The position numbers and the translations under genes are program-made. A DNA stretch of 64,000 nucleotides from Candidatus Latescibacterota bacterium (lineage in GTDB: Bacteria; Latescibacterota; UBA2968; GCA-2709665): NCBI GenBank assembly GCA_965226795.1, contig CBDDDZ010000005.1, positions 2,752,001 through 2,816,000 of the forward strand. Reading direction: 5' to 3'. Under the pieces are notes generated by a model, which worked only from the letters and a program-made list of their open reading frames with translations, ran no database searches and was not told the origin of the DNA. This document shows, in pieces, positions 10,025 to 17,922 of this stretch (position 1 is its first letter; each line of letters opens with the position of its first letter).

Positions 10025-10528
10025 ATGAAGATTCGGTTGATGCGGTGCAAAAACGGTATAAAGGCCACCATTGGGGATAATGTTCACACGGTAGCCCGGG
10101 TCGCCAGGGCGTTCCCCAGAAGCAATCCCGGTCACTTCGTGGGCTTATTGGGCGAAGACGGTCATGAGATTTGTCTGATTGACAATCCCGGCACCCTGGA
10201 CAGAAGATCTCAGGACGTACTGGATGCTGCGTTGAAGGACGCCTACTTTATCCCCCGGATTCGGGAGATTCTATCGATGACACCTCGTGGGACCGGAGGT
10301 GTTTGGGCCGTAGTTGCGGAAGATGGAGAATTGGTGTTCCGGACGCAGGACCGTGAGGCGCTGGATGGTTCGGAACCGCCGTCGATCACCGTAACGGACG
10401 AGAACGGCAGGCGTTATCTGATCGAGGATTACTGGGCAATGGACCGGGAAAGTCGAAACACAATCCGCGATCTCGTTCCGGATGAGGTTTTACGGCGCCG
10501 GGCGAGGCTTGTTTCAGTCCGCCGCTAA
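10025..10528 (+). CDS. DUF1854 family protein
   Basis: RAFP.S.P...VGL..EDGHEI..I and YFIPRI pattern; D.NG.RY near the C-terminus. Confidence 0.7.
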   Translation: MKIRLMRCKNGIKATIGDNVHTVARVARAFPRSNPGHFVGLLGEDGHEICLIDNPGTLDRRSQDVLDAALKDAYFIPRIREILSMTPRGTGGVWAVVAEDGELVFRTQDREALDGSEPPSITVTDENGRRYLIEDYWAMDRESRNTIRDLVPDEVLRRRARLVSVRR

Positions 10529-10555
10529 GCGCACGCCTGTAAAAGGGGTGCAGGT

Positions 10556-11866
10556 ATGGAGGTAAGGCAAAGCAGGTTTTTGATTTCAGGAATCTTGATC
10601 GGAATGTGTGCAATCGGCATGCTGGCACTGGGTGAAGCTCGGTACCGGATGCCACTTTTTTTTGTACTATTCGGCCTGTGGATGATTTTCTACATGGCGG
10701 CTGTCTGTCATTGTACGACAGCCTATCTCAAGACAGTGGTGCTGTTTGGAGTTTTATTCCGGGTCATTATGCTTTTTTCACCGCCCGGCCTCTCGGATGA
10801 CGTGTATCGGTACCTCTGGGACGGGCGTGTCCAGGCTGCGGGGATCAACCCTTACGCGTATCCACCGGCTTCGGAGGAACTCGCATATCTGAGAGACGGT
10901 AAGGTTTTCCCCCAGGTAAACCATCCCGATGTGCCTACCATTTATCCGCCACTGGCTCAGATATTCTTCCGAATATGTAATTTCATAAATCCGTCGATCT
11001 GGACTATAAAGGCGGCTCTGGTCCTTTTCGATCTGCTAACCGCCTGGTTTCTGCTGGGGTTGATACGGCTTTACGATCAGCATCCGGGACAATTGCTCAT
11101 TTACCTCTGGCATCCTCTGTTGCTTGTTGAGGTGGCAGGCAACGGCCATATAGACGCAATGGGCACAGCCTTCATGGTGGTTGCATTCCTTTATCTTCAA
11201 GTCGGGGGTTACGCGAGGGCATTCGCGGCGCTGGCCCTCTCGTGTTTGAGCAAGTTCTTTGCCATCTGCCTGGTTCCGGTTTTCTGGCGGTGGATCTGCG
11301 GGAGAACTGCCCGAAGATCTGAAGGGCGGCTACCGGCCGGCTTCAGGCCGCAAACCGTCTGGCCGGTCGTGATCTTCGCGGTGCTGTTAGCCGTTGGATA
11401 CCTTCCATACCACGAAGCAGGAGAAAACCTGTTTACAGGGTTGTTGGTATATGCCGAACACTGGAGCTTCAACGCACCTGTCTTTGACCTCCTGAGCCAT
11501 CTATTGGAAAGTCCGTTTCGGGCTCGCGCCGTCATCGCCGTTGTGTTTGCAGGGGCGGTGATTCTTTTCACGTTCAGTCGGATGCCGCCGATCCAGGCAG
11601 GATTTTTCCTCGTTGGCGCCTTCTTGTTACTTACGCCGACATTGCACCCATGGTATGCCATCTGGATTATACCCTTCATGGTATTTTACAGGCAACCGGC
11701 GTGGCTCATATTTACCGGTCTTATCCCAATCTCGTATCACGTCCTGATAAAATATGCGAGCGAAGGGATATGGGAGGAGGCGGTCTGGGTGAAGTTCGTG
11801 CTATTCGGCGGATTCGTCCTTGTCTGGGCACTCGAAAGGATAAAGCGACGACGCGTTGGGACTTGA
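10556..11866 (+). CDS. Polytopic GT-C membrane glycosyltransferase (GT87/DUF2029-like)
   Basis: SDDVYRYLWDG, INPY, TIYPP, WHPL..VE..GNGHID, HPWY; many TM segments. Confidence 0.8.
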   Translation: MEVRQSRFLISGILIGMCAIGMLALGEARYRMPLFFVLFGLWMIFYMAAVCHCTTAYLKTVVLFGVLFRVIMLFSPPGLSDDVYRYLWDGRVQAAGINPYAYPPASEELAYLRDGKVFPQVNHPDVPTIYPPLAQIFFRICNFINPSIWTIKAALVLFDLLTAWFLLGLIRLYDQHPGQLLIYLWHPLLLVEVAGNGHIDAMGTAFMVVAFLYLQVGGYARAFAALALSCLSKFFAICLVPVFWRWICGRTARRSEGRLPAGFRPQTVWPVVIFAVLLAVGYLPYHEAGENLFTGLLVYAEHWSFNAPVFDLLSHLLESPFRARAVIAVVFAGAVILFTFSRMPPIQAGFFLVGAFLLLTPTLHPWYAIWIIPFMVFYRQPAWLIFTGLIPISYHVLIKYASEGIWEEAVWVKFVLFGGFVLVWALERIKRRRVGT

Positions 11867-11883
11867 GAAGTTGGCTTCAAAAT

Positions 11884-12083
11884 TCCTGGTGCGTCCTCGA
11901 GCGCGAGCGAAAGGGTGTCGGTTAGGCGGCGAGAGAGGCACGCAGAGCCGACGGGCGAATCCGCCTGTGAGAGGTGAGAGGCGCACAGCCTCGACTGGAA
12001 ACGGGTGGATTTGACCACAAACGCTTTTGCGGCCACGCGAAGGCCGCTGGGGGTTTAAGGCAGCTTCCGAGATCAGGCAGGAA
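11884..12083 (+). ncRNA. Putative structured non-coding RNA (~200 nt), family unassigned
   Basis: Ends can pair (cctggt..ctcg with cgagatcagg); internal hairpins gtcggtt/agccgac, ggcg/cgcc, ctgtg/cacag, ctg-GAAA-cgg, gcggcc/ggccgc; followed by an intrinsic terminator. Confidence 0.45.
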
Positions 12084-12113
12084 ACGCCGCCCGGAATGAA
12101 CGGCGTTTTTTTT
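12082..12113 (+). terminator. Intrinsic terminator (possibly bidirectional)
   Basis: aaacgccg-loop-cggcgttt followed by a T-run, between convergent genes. Confidence 0.75.
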
Positions 12114-12180
12114 ATTGGTACACAGCCGATAATGGTGGTAGGCAGCGAAAGGTAAGGGTGTTCCGAGCGACTCCTGCATT

Positions 12181-15100
12181 CTATGCCGCACTGCCGAACA
12201 GGAGAGCAAATCGCAGGAAATCCGAGAAAGCGACTCTACCATTGTCGTCCAGATCGAACCGGGAATCGGTGGATCCGAAAGCGCGCACAAAGAGCAGAAA
12301 GTCCGAGAAGTCGACCCGACCATTGCTGTCGAAATCAGCCTTGCCTGCGGCGGTGAAAACGCTCTGGCCGGTTTCAAAAGTGATGCTGGTGTATCCGGGC
12401 GCGAGGGGGACGCCTGACGTGTCCGCTGCAGTGGAAAGAGTAAGGCTGTAGGCACGACCGGCTTCAAAGGGTTCCGAAAACGACAACAGGACACGTCGGC
12501 TCGTGCGGTCCAGAATTGCGGAGGTCGGGCGCCCCAAATCAGGAGCGGCAGTATATCCGTTTGGATCGGCCGTTTCGGCTGACATCGGTTCATTGAATGT
12601 CAGTGAGAGGTTGTTCTCCGTTAGGACCTCGACACGATTCAGTTCCGGAGCCGGGTTGGGGCGCAGTGTGTAAGTCTCTGAACGGATTTCATCACCGTCG
12701 GTCAGAATGGCGACCACAACGTAACGGTAGATTCGGTTTTCAGTAAGGCCGGTGTCCGTGTGGGCATTGACCGTCAGATTGTCAACGAGTAGAGTCGGTG
12801 TTTCTTTGCCAATGCCGCGCAGGACGCGATAGGTGGCGGCGTTGGCCAATTGCACCCATATGAGCCGGACGCTGTCTGGTCCAAGTGGACAGGCGCGAAG
12901 AAGCTGAAGAGTGCGACCGATGGAATGTTCGGTTCGTTCCATCAGACGCACCGCGCCGTCCCGGTTGTAGAGAAGCTCGGCGTACCCGTCTCGGTCCAGA
13001 TCCGCGATGAGGGGACGGTACGTGACCGAAACGGTTTCGTGCCAGACGGGCTCGTAGGCATCCGGCCCAGTCGCACGAATGATGTAGAGATCCGGTCGCA
13101 GACAGACGGCCAGGTCGGGTACGCCGTTGCCGTCCACGTCGCCGGTTGAAATGCCGTTACCCGTTGAAATCACGCCCGAGACACGAATCGACCACTCCAG
13201 AGCGTAGGAGGAGCGGCCGTCCCAGCTGTAGATTTCGAGGTTCCAGCGACCGTTGAGCGCGTCGTTACGGTCTTCCTCCGCACGGGCGACTGCGAATTCC
13301 ACGTTGCCGTCACCGTCAATATCGGCGCCGCCGCCTAACCATTTGGTGTTGGAACTGTCATTACCCGCTAATTTCCAGGTCTGCACGAAGCCGCCACCCT
13401 GCAGGGCTTCGTAGATCCAGAGGTCTCCGTCGTGGTCCCCGGAGAGAATTTCTTTCCGGCCGTTGTTGTTTAAATCCGCAATGACAAACCGGGGGCCGGG
13501 CAAGTTGAAGCCTTCGGTCGGGTTCGGGAGCAGGGCGGTTTCCACGAAAGCACCTTCCCGCGTACTTTTCAGTATCCGAATGCCCGGCGTAAGAGTTGAC
13601 CGGACCACGATCTCATTTCTGCCGTCGCCATCGATATCGGCGATTTCGCCACCCTCGGATTCAGCTAGGTCCAGAAGGGTTTCGGAAGGAAAGGAAGTCC
13701 CGCCAAAGAGCCGGAGGCGCGCGATGCTGGTGCCGGGATAATTGATTCCGAGAAGGTCGGTGCGACCGTCGTTGTTTGCGTCGCCCACAGCCCAGGGAAG
13801 GAATGATTCAGTGGTCTGGAAGACGGTTGTGAGGCTTCCATTGTCGTCACGCTCCATGATCCTGTTCGTGTTGTAAGGACGGCCGCGAACGTAGGGCATC
13901 AGAACGACTTCAGGCCGCCCGTCCATGTCAAAGTCGGTGGTATCGTTGGCGAGAAATCCATCGGGCAGGGTGTCGATTTGAACAAAGCCACGGGAGGAGA
14001 TGCGCAGCGGATTTACGTTAAACGTCATCGGTTCCGAAAACACGGTCTGTCCGGCGGGGTCCCGCGCCATAATGCGGTATTCCAGGGGCCCCGGTGCGAG
14101 GTCCATGGGCAGGGTCACACTATGACGGGTGTAGATAATGTCCGAAAAGAGGCTGTCTTCTCGCGCCGCCGTAGACGAACGGTAGATCAGAGCGCCCTGT
14201 GTGGGGCGTCGGGTGTGCCAGACGGCGTGGTATGTCTGGCGGTTTCCTATCAGGATGGGTGCGAAAGACGCCTGCGAAATAACCGGTGAAGCACGCCGGA
14301 TGCTAATTCGAACGCGATCTTCCAGGATCGTGCCGTCGGTCAGCCGGGCTGACAGCCGCACGATGGCGGAGGTGTCGGCCGGCGTAACCGGTGTCCAGGA
14401 GCGCTGGACGTCACGACTTGACGGTCCCCCACCGAGGCGAATCCAGGATTGAGGATCTTCACCCATGCCCCAGGATAGGTCGTAGGTGTCAACGTCGGGA
14501 CCGGCCGCCCTGGCGACGATGTCAAAGTTCTGCCTGGCGCTGTCACCCGTCTGGGGGGTGTAAATGTGCACGACGGGGGGATTGGCCCATCGTGTGAGTT
14601 TTTCGAGCAGTATCGCCGCATCGATGCGGCCGGCGCCGCCGCCGCTGTCCCATCCTTCAGGTCCCAGGTCGATCACGGACGCGATGAGCAGCGAACGAAC
14701 CTGTTCGGTAGTGAGTTCAGGACGGCGAGAGAGTATAAGCGCGGCCAGGCCCGAAATATGGGGCGCCGCGAAGGACGTGCCGGAGGCGTGCCGGTACGCA
14801 TTCCCCGGCATCGTTGTGAGTGTGCCGGCACCGGGCGCGACCAGGTCCAGCGGGACTCCCCGGCTGCTGAAAGCGGCAATCCGGTCCTGGGGCGCCGTGG
14901 CGCCCACGGCAATGGTTTCGTCCATGGCTGCGGGGTAGGACAGACCGAATTCCCCGCTATTTCCAGCGGAACTGACGAGGACAAGGCCACTCGCAGCCGC
15001 GTAGCGCACCGCGTCGTGGATAAGGAACGCGCTTTCAGGTCCCCCCCAGCTCATATTGATGATATGTGCTCCGTTTTCCACGGCATAGAGAATGGCGGCT

Positions 15101-15930
15101 GCAAGGTCGTCCTCCTCCAGAAAGGTGAGATCGGATTCCAGGGTAACGCCGGCACGAAGGGACATCAGCGCGGCGTCCGGCGCGACGCCGGCAATGCCGA
15201 CGCCGTTGTTTGTTACAGCCGCGGCAATGCCTGCAACGCGGGTACCATGGCTGGATTCGTCCATGGGATCGTTGTCGGGGGAAAGGAAGTCGCCCTTTGC
15301 CGGAAGTGTCGGGGTGTGGGTGAAATCCCAGCCGCGAATGTCGTCCACGTACCCGTTGTTGTCGTCATCAGCCCCTGGCCGGCCGGATGCTTCGACCGGA
15401 TTGATCCAGATATTGCCGGCCAGGTCTTCGTGGTTATAGTCCACGCCGGAATCGATGATGGCGATGACGACGGTCTGCTTGCCCGGTGGAAGCCCGTCCC
15501 GCAGGGCCTGCCATCTGATCTGCTCCAGGCCGTACTGCTCGGGCAGGCGGGGATCGTCAGGCGCGTTGTGATGGTAAAAGAGGTGGACGGGCTGGGCGTA
15601 GAGGACGTCCGGGTGCTCGGAATATGCGGCGGCGGCTTCCGCCGGACTTACGTCGGGGTCCAGTTGGAGGCGGTAAACCTGATCGAATCCGCGCGCCCGT
15701 TTGGACAGAACCGCACGCCGCGGAAATACGGGTTCGGGGGTGCCGGCACCAAAACGTGCATGCAGGCTTGCAAGGCTTCCAGTAGCGGTTTTGGCCGCCA
15801 CGGTTTTGAACTTGACGAGAATTTGTCCGGGTGAGTAGGCGGGTTGGGCCGTAGCGGAACGGAAAGCAAGAACAAATACCAGGAGTTGAAATATGACAGG
15901 TGTCACGTGCTTCCCGATGGTTCGATTCAA
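12181..15930 (-). CDS. Secreted S8 (subtilisin-like) peptidase with FG-GAP-like repeats, FN3/Ig-like domains and a dockerin-like C-terminal tail
   Basis: Signal peptide; catalytic triad IIDSG / SHGT / GTSFAAPH; several DxDxDG repeats; twin DFDSNGRVDFSDF..F..FG tail. Confidence 0.9.
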   Translation of the reverse strand: MNRTIGKHVTPVIFQLLVFVLAFRSATAQPAYSPGQILVKFKTVAAKTATGSLASLHARFGAGTPEPVFPRRAVLSKRARGFDQVYRLQLDPDVSPAEAAAAYSEHPDVLYAQPVHLFYHHNAPDDPRLPEQYGLEQIRWQALRDGLPPGKQTVVIAIIDSGVDYNHEDLAGNIWINPVEASGRPGADDDNNGYVDDIRGWDFTHTPTLPAKGDFLSPDNDPMDESSHGTRVAGIAAAVTNNGVGIAGVAPDAALMSLRAGVTLESDLTFLEEDDLAAAILYAVENGAHIINMSWGGPESAFLIHDAVRYAAASGLVLVSSAGNSGEFGLSYPAAMDETIAVGATAPQDRIAAFSSRGVPLDLVAPGAGTLTTMPGNAYRHASGTSFAAPHISGLAALILSRRPELTTEQVRSLLIASVIDLGPEGWDSGGGAGRIDAAILLEKLTRWANPPVVHIYTPQTGDSARQNFDIVARAAGPDVDTYDLSWGMGEDPQSWIRLGGGPSSRDVQRSWTPVTPADTSAIVRLSARLTDGTILEDRVRISIRRASPVISQASFAPILIGNRQTYHAVWHTRRPTQGALIYRSSTAAREDSLFSDIIYTRHSVTLPMDLAPGPLEYRIMARDPAGQTVFSEPMTFNVNPLRISSRGFVQIDTLPDGFLANDTTDFDMDGRPEVVLMPYVRGRPYNTNRIMERDDNGSLTTVFQTTESFLPWAVGDANNDGRTDLLGINYPGTSIARLRLFGGTSFPSETLLDLAESEGGEIADIDGDGRNEIVVRSTLTPGIRILKSTREGAFVETALLPNPTEGFNLPGPRFVIADLNNNGRKEILSGDHDGDLWIYEALQGGGFVQTWKLAGNDSSNTKWLGGGADIDGDGNVEFAVARAEEDRNDALNGRWNLEIYSWDGRSSYALEWSIRVSGVISTGNGISTGDVDGNGVPDLAVCLRPDLYIIRATGPDAYEPVWHETVSVTYRPLIADLDRDGYAELLYNRDGAVRLMERTEHSIGRTLQLLRACPLGPDSVRLIWVQLANAATYRVLRGIGKETPTLLVDNLTVNAHTDTGLTENRIYRYVVVAILTDGDEIRSETYTLRPNPAPELNRVEVLTENNLSLTFNEPMSAETADPNGYTAAPDLGRPTSAILDRTSRRVLLSFSEPFEAGRAYSLTLSTAADTSGVPLAPGYTSITFETGQSVFTAAGKADFDSNGRVDFSDFLLFVRAFGSTDSRFDLDDNGRVAFSDFLRFALLFGSAA

Positions 15931-16033
15931 TGTCCGGCTCCCGGATTATAATATATCGATACCGTACGAATTTGATCCACCGTTACTCACCGGCCTTTTC
16001 ACTATGGACGGCGTATCCACCCCAAGGTTCCGT

Positions 16034-17302
16034 TTATGTCGTTTGGCGATCGGAAGTTGCTACGGCGTTTTCCCCTTGGGGCGTGACGGGCAGGGCCGCG
16101 ACGAGCGCGGCGCAGGGAAGTAGAATGAGAGAGACGCACGCCAGAGCAAAACCGATGGACGTGATGTCTGCAAGGAGTCCGATCCCGGGAAGGAGCAGAC
16201 CCGAGACACCCCACGCAAATCCCATCACCAGACCGGTGGCCATACTGGCGTGTTGCGGCAGGATACGCTGCGCCAACACAATATTGGTGGTGGCGCCGAG
16301 GTCGAAAATGAACCCGGCGATCAGAAAACAAACCAGAGAAACGGGTCCGGACGTGAAGCAAAAGACAACGTAGAAAACGGTAGAGAATGCACAGGACCAC
16401 CCAAGAAGCTTGCGGGGAGCCACACGGTCGCCGAGATATCCGCCAGCCAATCGGCCCAGCGTGGCCGCGATCAGGTAGGCGGACAACACCCAGCCGATTT
16501 TGGAGATGTCCCACGTCCTGTCGAAACCTACGATGGATATGAAGCTGACACAGGCAGCGTGTACCAGTGATCGACATACCGCGATTGCATAGAGGATCCA
16601 CAGCGGCCGCATCGCCGCCGCCCTCAAGAGAGCGAAGTTGATACGGACGGAGGGTTTCGCCCTTTCTTCCGAGGTTGTTGTTTTCGACAGGCGGGATAGC
16701 ACAGCGGCGGCCACGAGACATGGAAAAACAACGATCCAGAGGGTATCCAGTCCGTATCGTGCAACAATCTGCGTCCCGGTTACGGGAGCGATGGCCATGC
16801 CCAGAGGACCGCCAGTGAGGAAGACGGCCATTGCGAAGTTGGTGCGCTTGGGCAACGAAGTCGTCACGAGGCCCCCGGCAGTCGGATGAAAGAGGGATGA
16901 ACCGAGCGAGGCCAGAACCAGAAAGACGGCCAGTATGCCTGCCGAGGGTAACGTGCCGATTACGGATACGAAAAGACCGCACGCCAGCACGCCGAGCGCG
17001 GCCAGGCGCATTCGCTTGGTCCGGTCGGCAAGGTAGCCCATAAACGGCTGTGGAATGTTCCCGAAAAGAGAAACGACCATGGGAAGGAGGGAGGCCTCCA
17101 CAAGCGAAAGCCCGTAGAGGTTTTTAAACGTGGCGAGCAACGGTGGGAACAGGGTCATGTAGAAATCCACCGTCGTGTGTGCATAGGTGATCAGACAAAC
17201 CCTGAGCATTGGACGTTGCGTTACGGGCATCGGAGTACCTGGCGGCAGTAAGGCGGCGTTGATGGCAGAGGGCTGCCGCAGGGAAACCTCACGACCTGGC
17301 AT
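16034..17302 (-). CDS. MFS transporter (Fsr-like)
   Basis: HTTVDFY, QPFMGYLADR (motif A), GSSLFHP; multiple TM helices. Start may be ATG 17230. Confidence 0.85.
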   Translation of the reverse strand: MPGREVSLRQPSAINAALLPPGTPMPVTQRPMLRVCLITYAHTTVDFYMTLFPPLLATFKNLYGLSLVEASLLPMVVSLFGNIPQPFMGYLADRTKRMRLAALGVLACGLFVSVIGTLPSAGILAVFLVLASLGSSLFHPTAGGLVTTSLPKRTNFAMAVFLTGGPLGMAIAPVTGTQIVARYGLDTLWIVVFPCLVAAAVLSRLSKTTTSEERAKPSVRINFALLRAAAMRPLWILYAIAVCRSLVHAACVSFISIVGFDRTWDISKIGWVLSAYLIAATLGRLAGGYLGDRVAPRKLLGWSCAFSTVFYVVFCFTSGPVSLVCFLIAGFIFDLGATTNIVLAQRILPQHASMATGLVMGFAWGVSGLLLPGIGLLADITSIGFALACVSLILLPCAALVAALPVTPQGENAVATSDRQTT

Positions 17303-17304
17303 AC

Positions 17305-17667
17305 CTATTCAAGTCCCGCACGTTCGATGACGACCTCACCGATTTTGTCGTGGATACCCAAGGGGCCGGTGACCCGGAACCTGACGCCCGGATAACGGAT
17401 CTCGGTTTGTTTGACCATAGCTGGGATGTCGTGAGTGGCGTGGCGGCCGGGCGAGAGCATGTAGGGGTGAACAATAACCTCGGTTGCGCCGTCACTGACG
17501 CAGGCTTCTACGCCTTCTTCGAGAGTGGGGCGGGCGAGTTCCATATGGGCGATATGCACCAGAAGCCCCGGACGTTTTCGCCTCACGACGTCCGCAACGT
17601 CTTCCAGAATTCGATTGGCTTCGTCTCGCGTGGAGCCATGATCGACAATGAGAAGAGCCTTAGACAT
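17305..17667 (-). CDS. Small CbiX/SirB-type sirohydrochlorin chelatase
   Basis: IVDHGS, AHMELARP, PYMLSPGRH..DIP. Confidence 0.88.
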   Translation of the reverse strand: MSKALLIVDHGSTRDEANRILEDVADVVRRKRPGLLVHIAHMELARPTLEEGVEACVSDGATEVIVHPYMLSPGRHATHDIPAMVKQTEIRYPGVRFRVTGPLGIHDKIGEVVIERAGLE

Positions 17668-17922
17668 AATAAATTAAAAATCAGAAGTTTAAGAGACAAA
17701 CTGCGGACTGTACGACTGGCAACGTTTACGCAACAATTCGTGGTTTTTCCGCCATCACAACCAACGGGACGAATTTCGGGACGAGATCAGAGGAAAAATT
17801 CGGCATAGCCGGTGCCACGTTTGTCTCTTTAGAGATGTAGATATTACCCACCAGCCGGTTCAGAGCAACCACGGGAAGCAGAAGACAAGATTCGGCACCC
17901 GTTTCAGGTTCTTGATTCTCAT

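Noticed and set aside
11930..11990. Glycine riboswitch (GAGAG...GCCGACGG)
   Set aside because: No CTCTCAGG element and no downstream + strand gene to regulate.
14566..15834. 422-aa + strand ORF
   Set aside because: Antisense shadow of the S8 peptidase; typical of GC-rich DNA, with no motifs.
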